From positions 1 to 22,527 of the forward strand of contig JAHQWW010000057.1 in the NCBI GenBank assembly GCA_029856365.1: a stretch of DNA of 22,527 bases, read 5' to 3'. The stretch's first letter is position 1, and every line of letters starts with the position of its first letter. The notes under the pieces are model-generated. The model worked only from the letters and a program-made list of their open reading frames with translations. It searched no databases and was not told the DNA's origin. The position numbers were made by a program, and so were the translations under genes. Origin of the DNA: Candidatus Hodarchaeota archaeon. Lineage in GTDB: Archaea > Asgardarchaeota > Heimdallarchaeia > Hodarchaeales > Hodarchaeaceae. Below, piece after piece: positions 9,623 to 17,503 of this stretch.

Positions 9623-10078
9623 ATGAATTATGATGAAATTGATAGGAAAATTCTAGAAATTTTGCATGAGAACGGTAGAACTAAATTCACTGAAATCGCT
9701 AAATCTATTCAAAAAACTGAGGGCACAGTTAGGAATCGTATTAAACGATTACAAGAGAACGGGATCATCCATGGCTTTAGGGTTGTTACATTCCCTGAAA
9801 ACCTTGGATATGAAATTCAGGCAATAATAACATTTCAACTTGAACCAAGTTATAAGAAATATATTCAAATGGAACAGTTACCACACCAAGCAGAACAATG
9901 TAACAGTAGACTTCTTTCTCTCTATCGAGCCAATGATAAAAACATGTTTATGCTTGAAGTTCTTTCTAGGAACATACAAGACTTAAACTACTTCATTTCG
10001 AATCTCAAAAAATTCAGTGGTATTTCAGAAGTCTATAAATTGCTTAAAATGGAGCGAATTTATGAGCATATTTCTTAG
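9623..10078 (+). CDS. Lrp/AsnC family transcriptional regulator
   Basis: DEIDRKILEILHENGRTKFTEIAKSI..TEGTVRNRIKRLQENGII. Confidence 0.93.
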   Translation: MNYDEIDRKILEILHENGRTKFTEIAKSIQKTEGTVRNRIKRLQENGIIHGFRVVTFPENLGYEIQAIITFQLEPSYKKYIQMEQLPHQAEQCNSRLLSLYRANDKNMFMLEVLSRNIQDLNYFISNLKKFSGISEVYKLLKMERIYEHIS

Positions 10079-10165
10079 TTTGATCTTTAAAGACTCTGAA
10101 TGTTACCAAAACTAGAGAAATTTTCCTTCAATCTAAAAGCTAAACAATGAAAGGAGGTCATTAAT

Positions 10166-10378
10166 CTGACTATCGAAATAGAGGAAAACGTGGAGTTGCA
10201 GTCACGAGCTCAGATGGAATTAGTCTGTCCTTGGTGTCACATTCATAGCATTTCTGCTATTGTTAATCACCGCATGCTTCGTTTAAAATGCTCTGAATGT
10301 GGGATGGATGCTTTTGTTTCTCGTATTCCTCGCAATAGGAAACTTAGTGATTATATCCCACGTAGATTAATTGCTTGA
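10166..10378 (+). CDS. Small C4 zinc-finger protein; probable CTG start at 10166 (ORF track: 10190)
   Basis: CPWC and CSEC pairs. AGGAGGT at 10152-10158 is 7 nt before the in-frame CTG. Confidence 0.7.
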   Translation: MTIEIEENVELQSRAQMELVCPWCHIHSISAIVNHRMLRLKCSECGMDAFVSRIPRNRKLSDYIPRRLIA

Positions 10379-10380
10379 TG

Positions 10381-10418
10381 TAATGAAAAAAGTTAATGTT
10401 GAAAATTAACATTCATTA
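10381..10418 (+). terminator. Stem-loop directly after the zinc-finger gene
   Basis: TAATGAA/TTCATTA and GTTAAT/ATTAAC nested stems, with T-rich tracts at about 10445-10456. Confidence 0.45.
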
Positions 10419-10558
10419 GCATTTCCCTCAATTTATCATTCCAGTTTTGTTTTTTTGTACTATATTTTTAATTTTGTGTTCTGTAATTTAGCGATGTAAT
10501 TAGCTAAATGCTACCTCGAAAACCATTTGAAAAAAAAGAGGAAATTAGGGTTCCTTAC

Positions 10559-13045
10559 TCATTTCCTCCTCCGATTATGAGATATTACACCCACGATGGT
10601 AACAAGAGTACCTAAGGACAGAATAAATTCAAATCCTGGGATTCTACTTGGTTTTTTCATCTCTGAGGCTATAAGTTCAGAGGCTAGTAATTGAGAATTA
10701 GCTAATTCTTTCGTGTGTGGTGTTGCATTATATTCATAAGGAGGGAAAACGAAATCTAAGTAGTTAGCTGTAATATCTTTAAAATAAATTGCGAGGGTAG
10801 CATTTCTATAGTTAGTACCATCGAATGTTCGGGTAACATCAACGTAAAGGAAGACTGGGCTAGAAACCGTTAATATTAGCATTGTGTTCCAGTATCTTGT
10901 TTCATCCCAGCCAGAACTCATTGTATCAAAGATAGTTAGGTCGTTAAGATTCCCACCGATGACACTCATCCCATCAAGCGTGGCATTCCAGGCTGAGGGT
11001 CCCGTGGTATAATTACCATGGAGATATACAGTGATATTGTAGATTCTATTCTGTCCTAAATTTAATGGAATTCCATATAGATGATCAGTATTTGCAATAA
11101 TATCATTATTAACTTCATAGAAAATTGTCCTTGAAATTTTATTTTTTGGAATGAAATAACCACCGCCAATATAATTCCAAACTAATGGGGCGTAGTGCTG
11201 TATTGGTGCTTCATTTGTACTTACTGATAATGTTGCTGTAAATGGATCAGGGAACTGAAAGGTACTATTCTCTGCATCAAAAGGTCTTATCATCAAGATA
11301 GGAATTTCATAATCACGAGTGGGCAGAAAAGCTTCTAGAAGAGTATTATTTGATCCCCATTTTAACCACTGACCAGTATCATTACGGTTGCCAATCCAAG
11401 TGTTTCCTGGATAGTAAACATTCTTTATCATTTCATTGTATTTACCAACCCAACTATACTCGTATTGGACTCTCTGATAGGGAGAAATATGGTCATCAGT
11501 TGAGATATTGATAAAATTGATTCTATTCTTTGTCAAAGGAAGCTCAAAAGCAAAGAGACTATTCTTTGTAACAGAAACAGTATCTGGAGATCTTATTGGA
11601 ACTTTAGTAAACCTAATTTCACTACTCGACCAGAAATATGTAAATCTGATGGCGTAAGTTCCTGGAGGGAAATAACGCCAATTATTACCAATTTCCCCAA
11701 CGGTTCCGAAGAGATTTCCGTATTCTGAATCAAAGAAACTATAGTCTGCTATTTGAATCCATTCATTCGGAGAAACAGTAGGGATGTAAAGATTAAAATA
11801 ATGATAATATGAGTAGTTGACAGCAATCATGTGGGGAGTCATTAGTGAAAAAGAATAGTATGTGTTGTAATCTACTTTAATATTTTTGTTAAAGGTTAGT
11901 GGTACAGTATCTGTAATCTCCTCTACCTGTTTAAAATTCTGGTAATAGATTGCATATTCTCCAACAGACCAACTTTGGGCAAATAATACCAAAAATACAC
12001 TCTCATTCTGATTAGCATGGATGCGATAACCATTTTGATCAAGATAAGTATATGGAAATGCCTCAATATGTTCTGCGATAAGGAAGACATATGGTTGGCT
12101 GCTAGTACAACCAGAATATTCAAGCATTCTAAAATCAATAAATATCTCATAATATTGATCAGCTACTAGTGTAAGATTGAACATCCTAATACTAAAAAGC
12201 TCATTTTCAGGGTAAATCATTTCATTGTCTTCGATAGTCACACGAGCTCCTTGGTCAATCTCACCTGAATATGTGGTATTTACTTCAATTTCTGGTATAT
12301 AGTCGGGAAATTCCCATGGATGTAGAGTCAATGTTATCAGTGAACTTTGATCGAGCTCTAAGGTAAAATTTAATGGCATCAATGAGTTTTTTCTTGGGAG
12401 AAATGGATAGGTCATTTGCTTCTCAACATAACCTATCGAATAACCTTGAGTTGGAAAAGCATCAGGAAAAACAATAGTCCCAGCTGCGTTACAATCATAA
12501 ATATCAATATCTAGAAAGAATGATTCGCTAGTATTGAGGAAACCAAAGTATTCAACATATGCTTCTGCCATAAAGGTAAATGAATGATCCATATGGAGGT
12601 TTATTTCCGTTCTTTGAGTATATTCAAATACAGGATCAAAACTTGAAGGAATTCTCACTGCACGAGGATAAGATTCAGGACCAAATAAAGGATGATAACC
12701 ATACCGCGCTGTATCACTCAAAAGATTGTTAGAAACATCTTGATTTCTCTCTAAATTTGTTTTTCCCGTTGAATATTCTTGATAATTAGAAAAGTATGTA
12801 TATTCTCCATTTTGAATTCCCGAATAACCTTGATAAAGAACTTGGGAATCGGTAAAATCAGTTCCTGGGTGATTTACATAATAAAGAAAATCTCCTTCTG
12901 AACCAGATGGCATAAAGGTGGCTTTTTCCACTTCTGTCCCAATAACTGGAAGCTCTCTCGCTGATGCGGGTGGAATAATGGAAAAATATAACATAAGGAT
13001 TATCAAACACGATATACTTGAGGATTTATAGCCTTTAGCCTGCAT
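10559..13045 (-). CDS. Large cell-surface glycoprotein with signal peptide and PGF-CTERM-like anchor
   Basis: N-terminal hydrophobic signal ending PASA. C-terminal IPGFEFILSLGTLVTIVGVISHNRRRK. About 15 N-x-S/T sequons; Tyr/Phe/Thr-rich, beta-like composition. Confidence 0.85.
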   Translation of the reverse strand: MQAKGYKSSSISCLIILMLYFSIIPPASARELPVIGTEVEKATFMPSGSEGDFLYYVNHPGTDFTDSQVLYQGYSGIQNGEYTYFSNYQEYSTGKTNLERNQDVSNNLLSDTARYGYHPLFGPESYPRAVRIPSSFDPVFEYTQRTEINLHMDHSFTFMAEAYVEYFGFLNTSESFFLDIDIYDCNAAGTIVFPDAFPTQGYSIGYVEKQMTYPFLPRKNSLMPLNFTLELDQSSLITLTLHPWEFPDYIPEIEVNTTYSGEIDQGARVTIEDNEMIYPENELFSIRMFNLTLVADQYYEIFIDFRMLEYSGCTSSQPYVFLIAEHIEAFPYTYLDQNGYRIHANQNESVFLVLFAQSWSVGEYAIYYQNFKQVEEITDTVPLTFNKNIKVDYNTYYSFSLMTPHMIAVNYSYYHYFNLYIPTVSPNEWIQIADYSFFDSEYGNLFGTVGEIGNNWRYFPPGTYAIRFTYFWSSSEIRFTKVPIRSPDTVSVTKNSLFAFELPLTKNRINFINISTDDHISPYQRVQYEYSWVGKYNEMIKNVYYPGNTWIGNRNDTGQWLKWGSNNTLLEAFLPTRDYEIPILMIRPFDAENSTFQFPDPFTATLSVSTNEAPIQHYAPLVWNYIGGGYFIPKNKISRTIFYEVNNDIIANTDHLYGIPLNLGQNRIYNITVYLHGNYTTGPSAWNATLDGMSVIGGNLNDLTIFDTMSSGWDETRYWNTMLILTVSSPVFLYVDVTRTFDGTNYRNATLAIYFKDITANYLDFVFPPYEYNATPHTKELANSQLLASELIASEMKKPSRIPGFEFILSLGTLVTIVGVISHNRRRK

Positions 13046-13257
13046 ATCCTATAAAACTCCTATAAACTTGGAATCTTCTAAACTGTGAAATAGGGGGTTT
13101 AAATAAGTAATTGAATGATTTTATTAAATTCAATTTGATCTTTATTCAATTTGGAGTATTATCCAAAACTTGATCGTTGGGGAATAAAGACTATTAACTC
13201 ACAAAGATCATGATAGGAAAATAGATTATTGCAAAAACCTTTAGCTTACCCAAGACA

Positions 13258-13318
13258 GAAAGAAATTTATAAATAATGGGAGAAAAATAGTATGCAATGA
13301 GTCTATTAACCGACTCAT
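13258..13318 (+). promoter_or_regulatory. Histone promoter (BRE-TATA) and 5' hairpin
   Basis: GAAAGAAA-TTTATAAA (TATA 13266-13273). ATGAGTC-N8-GACTCAT at 13297-13318, near the expected TSS. Confidence 0.6.
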
Positions 13319-13349
13319 AAACAATCATTATGGAGAAAAGGTGAAAAAC

Positions 13350-13553
13350 ATGTCTGGTTTTTCTCGTGCACGAGTTGAAAAAATAATCCGGAATGCTGGT
13401 GCCTTCAGAGTCTCTGGAGATGCAATTAATCAGTTAAATGAAATTTTAACTGACTATTCTACCAATCTTGCTAAATATGCTGTGGGTATTGCACAGCATT
13501 CTGGTCGAAAAACTGTTAAGGAGTCAGATATTAAGCTAGCGGCGGAAAAGTAA
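13350..13553 (+). CDS. Archaeal histone (HMfA/B-type, tailless, 67 aa); start likely ATG 13350
   Basis: ARVEKIIRNAGAFRVS...AQHSGRKTVKESDIKLA histone fold. AGGTGA SD precedes ATG 13350; T-tract follows the stop. Confidence 0.95.
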   Translation: MSGFSRARVEKIIRNAGAFRVSGDAINQLNEILTDYSTNLAKYAVGIAQHSGRKTVKESDIKLAAEK

Positions 13554-13674
13554 ATTCTAATGCTTTTGTTTAATATCTACCTTTTTTTTGGGTTTATTTG
13601 GATGATTAAAGTGATTCAGTAGGCAATCTCTCTTTAGTTTATCAATTAATTTTGAGTGAGTTGATTATTGTTTT

Positions 13675-14112
13675 TTGATCCATTTTCGTCCTGCAACACA
13701 AGATGATTCAGAATTCCTCTTTCGGCTTAAGAAACAGACATTAATGGAATATATTACGCTTATTTGGGGATGGAATGAAGAAGTTCAACGTCACTTTCAT
13801 CAAAAGAACTTTAATCCAAAAAATTATCGTATCATTCAAAAAGATGGACGTGAAATTGGTTGTTTATCTGTTGAGGAGCACTCAGGTAAATACACCCTCA
13901 ATATAATTGAAATTGCCCCCGAGTATCAAAATAAGGGTATTGGTCGCATACTGATTCGAGATTTAATCAATAAAGTATTACAAGAGAAGAAAGATGTTGA
14001 ATTACAAGTACTTCAGGTAAATCATAAAGCTTTCAGATTATACAGATCACTAGAATTTATCTTAAAGAGTGAAACGGACACTCATTATCAAATGGTTTAT
14101 CATTCAAGATAA
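13675..14112 (+). CDS. GNAT N-acetyltransferase
   Basis: IEIAPEYQNKGIGR acetyl-CoA motif A and N..A..LY..LEF motif. Confidence 0.9.
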   Translation: MIHFRPATQDDSEFLFRLKKQTLMEYITLIWGWNEEVQRHFHQKNFNPKNYRIIQKDGREIGCLSVEEHSGKYTLNIIEIAPEYQNKGIGRILIRDLINKVLQEKKDVELQVLQVNHKAFRLYRSLEFILKSETDTHYQMVYHSR

Positions 14113-14266
14113 TTGAGGTCTTGAAGTAGGGATTAATAGTCTCTATTTGTTTACTCATTAACTAAGATGGGCTTACTTTAAATAAGTTCACAAATTCATG
14201 GAAGACAGAAGTTCATGGCTTCCGAAAATTCAGTAAATAAATCTTAAAATAGTAGGAGAGACTTTC

Positions 14267-15154
14267 ATGACCGATCCACCTTTCGAAACACGTGTTAGTA
14301 TGGAGCATTTCATATTAGAATCACTTGATGAGATAATTTCCCTTCTAAAATCTATCGATCACCCTCAACGGATACGAATTCTAACAATGTTGATTGATCA
14401 ACCTAAGACTTTCAAAGACTTAATGGAAAAAACTGGTCTTCAAAAAAGTGCTTTAGGTAATCATCTTAACATCTTAAATGGTAAAAACCTTGTATATAAA
14501 ATAGATCGAGGATTATACAGACTTACTGAAGATGGAGAGAATATTATCCAAAATATTGCTCAGAGTTATTTAGAGATCAAAGTACGTGAACAGGAAAGGT
14601 TGGAAAGAATACAACGTCTTATTGGAAAATATACAACCTATGGAGATGAAGTCATGAATGAAGAAACAAAAATAACAACAGATTTAGATGTCCGAATAAT
14701 TACTCTCGAACCGATGCGGATAGCTAGCGTTCGAGCTATTGGTAAAAGTCCAGAAAATGATGCATGGGCAAAAATGCAATCATGGGCAGATAAAAAGGGA
14801 CTACTTGATAATCTCGAAAAGCATCCAGTCTTTGGTTTCAACAATCCAGATCCCTCTCCTGATAAGGAAGAGTATGGGTATGAATTCTGGATTAAAATCG
14901 ACCCCGAGATCCAACCTGAAGGGGATATCAACGTAAAAGATTTCAAAGGAGGTCTATACGCAGTCACAACAACTAGACTAATTATTGATCCTGAACTTAA
15001 TATAATCCCTGCTTGGAAAAAACTCGCAACATGGGTAAAAAAATCGAGTAAATATGATTTTGGAGCTCATCAATGGCTAGAAAAAGCTCTCAACCCTAAA
15101 GCGTCTCCTGAAAATTTAGTTCTCGATCTTTACTGCCCAATTAAGGAGGCATGA
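14267..15154 (+). CDS. ArsR-like wHTH fused to GyrI-like small-molecule-binding domain
   Basis: HPQRIRIL..KTFKDL..KSALGNHL..YRLTEDG followed by VRIITLEPMRIAS..VFGFNNP..YGYEFWI..GGLYAV..HQWLE..LDLYCPI. Confidence 0.9.
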   Translation: MTDPPFETRVSMEHFILESLDEIISLLKSIDHPQRIRILTMLIDQPKTFKDLMEKTGLQKSALGNHLNILNGKNLVYKIDRGLYRLTEDGENIIQNIAQSYLEIKVREQERLERIQRLIGKYTTYGDEVMNEETKITTDLDVRIITLEPMRIASVRAIGKSPENDAWAKMQSWADKKGLLDNLEKHPVFGFNNPDPSPDKEEYGYEFWIKIDPEIQPEGDINVKDFKGGLYAVTTTRLIIDPELNIIPAWKKLATWVKKSSKYDFGAHQWLEKALNPKASPENLVLDLYCPIKEA

Positions 15155-15157
15155 TCC

Positions 15158-15358
15158 ATTTCAGAAGAAATTAGTCCATCAGGCGTACAGGTGGCCTTAG
15201 ACACATTTGAAGGACTAAAACAACAAGAAACTCCAATAAAGGAGTCACTAAAATTTTTTCATCTACGAGCCTATCTTATAAACGCAAAGAAGATTCGAGA
15301 AACATGGATGAACACATCAAAGGGAAAAAACCAAACAAATAACTTTAGAGAGGATTAA
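15158..15358 (+). CDS. Candidate unannotated small protein (66 aa from ATT 15158, or 55 aa from GTG 15191)
   Basis: Stop-free frame 15155-15355 (SISEEISPSGVQVALDTFEG...NNFRED). AGGAGG lies 8 nt before ATT. Confidence 0.35.
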   Translation: MSEEISPSGVQVALDTFEGLKQQETPIKESLKFFHLRAYLINAKKIRETWMNTSKGKNQTNNFRED

Positions 15359-15680
15359 AATCCCTCTCTAAGGTGAAATTAGTTCCTTCTTTAGGTTACA
15401 CTAATTCAACTTATCTATCTTGTTATTTTAATAAGAAATCTAATAAAATAGGCTAAACTGAGAATAATCAGTCCTAAGAGAATCAAGATCAAGATTATAG
15501 GAATGTTTGACATTTGATTTTCCGCCCGAAATATTTTTGATTATCTAACTGGTGATTCTTCTAAGAAATTTCATCAAAATCATAAAAAACAAACTAAGGA
15601 GGAGTAATCCAAAGACCACTATACTTAGTAAGAGATACATATCAGTATTTTCCATACGATGAATTCACCTGCTAGTATAG
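15343..15680 (+). ncRNA. Candidate structured RNA / 3' UTR (cluster of stem-loops)
   Basis: About six consecutive stems found by eye, with G-U pairs favouring the + strand. No known family recognised. Confidence 0.25.
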
Positions 15681-15699
15681 AATAATGTCTATAATCAAA

Positions 15700-16452
15700 T
15701 TAATAAGGTCTTTGAAATTTCTCTAATTTTTTATCTAATTCTTCTAATTTAGATTCCATTCCTTCTAATCGTGTACTCATTAATATCTTAATTTCTTTCA
15801 ATTCAGAAAGCATCTGGAGAGGGATAGATTCAATTGGTTCTTCCTCGCCCTTAAGTGCGATAACAGTTCCATTAGCAGCCTGAAATTGCCGCAGTTGAGT
15901 GAGGATGTAGTCTCTCACCTCCCGATAGACTTTTATTCCTTCTAGTTTTTCCTCTGCAGTTTCATCTAGAGAATAACCTTTTCCACCTGCGGTTTGAATC
16001 TCTATGCTACCAATACCAAACAATCGGTCGAAGGGGCCCGTTTTCATGTTAATATTTGTTACCGTTCGATAAGGAACATGTTTCTCGGATTTGTTAATCA
16101 CTCCTTTATGAACCACTATTTCATGACCATGAACTATGAATAACATGGATTTTACATATATCTGCATACCAATTATGTAAACAATTGTGATCACGAACCA
16201 AATAGCCATGTAAATAGCTCCCATCCAAAAGAAAGCTTGAAGTAATACGTCTCTTCGTGATATATCAAGATTGGAAACTAAAAAAAAATCAAAAAGAGTA
16301 AATATAATTATCAGTGATGCTGTAAATATAATGAACACCAATACATATAAGAAATAGTTTTTCCAAAGAAGATTTTTGTTTGGACGAATTATTCTGGGCT
16401 CTCCTGGAGGTGGAGGGATATCAGATCCCTTAATTATTTTAACTTCGTTCAT
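15700..16452 (-). CDS. Membrane protein with bacterial PH (bPH_2, YdbS-like) domain and C-terminal coiled coil
   Basis: Two TM helices, then IVVHKGVINKSEKHVPYRTVTNI...GPFDRLFGIGSIEIQTAG. Confidence 0.88.
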   Translation of the reverse strand: MNEVKIIKGSDIPPPPGEPRIIRPNKNLLWKNYFLYVLVFIIFTASLIIIFTLFDFFLVSNLDISRRDVLLQAFFWMGAIYMAIWFVITIVYIIGMQIYVKSMLFIVHGHEIVVHKGVINKSEKHVPYRTVTNINMKTGPFDRLFGIGSIEIQTAGGKGYSLDETAEEKLEGIKVYREVRDYILTQLRQFQAANGTVIALKGEEEPIESIPLQMLSELKEIKILMSTRLEGMESKLEELDKKLEKFQRPY

Positions 16453-16997
16453 TCTTCTTTCATTCCTTGTTTTTCTCTCTTAACAATTTCATCAAATGTT
16501 TCTTTGAATTGTTCTCTTATTAATTCGTTTTTGTTCGGCTCATCAAGTCCATGTTCTTTTCTGATAAGATCAAGAATTTCGTAACATTGATCTTGACACT
16601 TAACATTACAAACATGTTCTTGCCAAAGAAAATACCCCTCTTTTACCGTATAAAAAATATAGACCTTTCGATCAATCCTAAAATCATGACCGTATAAAAT
16701 CCCATTCCTTTGAAGTACTTCCAACTTCTCTTCTTCTAAATCATCCTGAATTGAAACATCTAATCGTGAAGTATCAGCAAGTTCTTTAAGACCGTTACGT
16801 ATTTTTTTCAGACCAACGGATTTAAATTTCGATACTGTTCGGACATCTACTTTTTTTTGAAAACGTTGATCTTCTTTTTCTTTTCTCTTCTTCCTCTCTC
16901 TTTCGAGTATGACTGCAATGCCTTCGAGGCTGATCTGAGGATCCTTGAAAATTTCTCTGATAACGATCTGTTCAGAATCCGATAATTGAGTAGTCAT
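16449..16997 (-). CDS. Sigma-70 region-4/LuxR-like HTH regulator with C-terminal His/Cys metal-binding cluster
   Basis: LSDSEQIV..ISLEGIA..[charged insert]..VRTVSKFKSVGLKKIR and WQEHVCNVKCQDQC. ATGA overlap with the bPH gene. Confidence 0.6.
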   Translation of the reverse strand: MTTQLSDSEQIVIREIFKDPQISLEGIAVILERERKKRKEKEDQRFQKKVDVRTVSKFKSVGLKKIRNGLKELADTSRLDVSIQDDLEEEKLEVLQRNGILYGHDFRIDRKVYIFYTVKEGYFLWQEHVCNVKCQDQCYEILDLIRKEHGLDEPNKNELIREQFKETFDEIVKREKQGMKEE

Positions 16998-17049
16998 GAG
17001 TGTTGCCTCAAAGACATTCCAATACTGTTTAAATTACCAATTATTGTTC

Positions 17050-17090
17050 ATTACTAATATTTCGTAATGGAGTTTATAAACCTTTCGTTT
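17050..17090 (-). promoter_or_regulatory. BRE-TATA promoter plus operator for the HTH/bPH operon
   Basis: Minus strand reads AAACGAAAGG-TTTATAAA-CTCCA-TTACGAAATATTAGTAAT. Confidence 0.7.
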
Positions 17091-17197
17091 CAACAAACGA
17101 AGGTTTATTCTCCAGTTTCACAGCCATGTAGATTTTTCCATTTTTTATTCCTTGCCTGAACTGGAAATTCGACATTATTTTCTACTTTTTCCCAAAT

Positions 17198-17266
17198 GAA
17201 AAGATATATAAGTATGTTACCAAATATTAGTAATTGACTAAAATTAGTAATGAATTAAAATTAGTA
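17198..17266 (+). promoter_or_regulatory. BRE-TATA promoter plus operator array for the ABC cluster
   Basis: GAAAAG-ATATATAA-GTATG-TTACCAAATATTAGTAAT. ATTAGTA recurs at 17226, 17243 and 17260. Confidence 0.7.
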
Positions 17267-17287
17267 TTTTTAGAAGGAGCATATAAA

Positions 17288-17503
17288 TTGTTTAATCAAG
17301 AAATAAAAGAAAATTTACAAATTAAAAAGTCAATAGAGCTTGAAGAGATTCAAACGCTACGAACTCTCAGCATAGTTTGGCTTTGTTTAGGTGGAGCTAG
17401 TCCTCTGTTTTTTATAATTGGATTAGTATTCCTACTCTCTTCAATGGTTAAAGCTGAGCCAAGAGAGGCTGAAAAAGCCATTGCTGATGGAGGTCAAGCA
17501 TAA
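17288..17503 (+). CDS. Small membrane protein; start likely TTG 17288 (ORF track: 17234)
   Basis: GAAGGAG SD precedes the in-frame TTG. One long hydrophobic hairpin/TM segment. TAATG coupling to the next gene. Confidence 0.6.
   Translation: MFNQEIKENLQIKKSIELEEIQTLRTLSIVWLCLGGASPLFFIIGLVFLLSSMVKAEPREAEKAIADGGQA

Noticed and set aside
10376-10418. TGA-TGT (would read U-C) followed by a hairpin, suggesting selenocysteine readthrough
   Set aside because: It would add only UCNEKS. The hairpin lacks the paired UGA/GA SECIS core, and an ordinary terminator explains it.
14184-14232. AA(G/A)TTCA repeats upstream of the wHTH-GyrI gene
   Set aside because: Possibly an operator, but spacing and symmetry are too irregular to call.
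15151-15174. Mini-ORF MIHFRRN sharing MIHFR with the GNAT start at 13675
   Set aside because: Only 5 codons match and similarity does not continue; likely coincidence.
15372-15412. GTGA-initiated hairpin as a SECIS for the TGA at 15152
   Set aside because: The 3' arm lacks the required GA, and the GyrI domain is already complete before the TGA.
3502-17266. Periodic repeats at 3502-3548 and 17226-17266 as mini-CRISPR arrays
   Set aside because: Units are 7-8 bp with 17-19 bp periods, far too short, and there are no cas genes. Their promoter positions fit operators.
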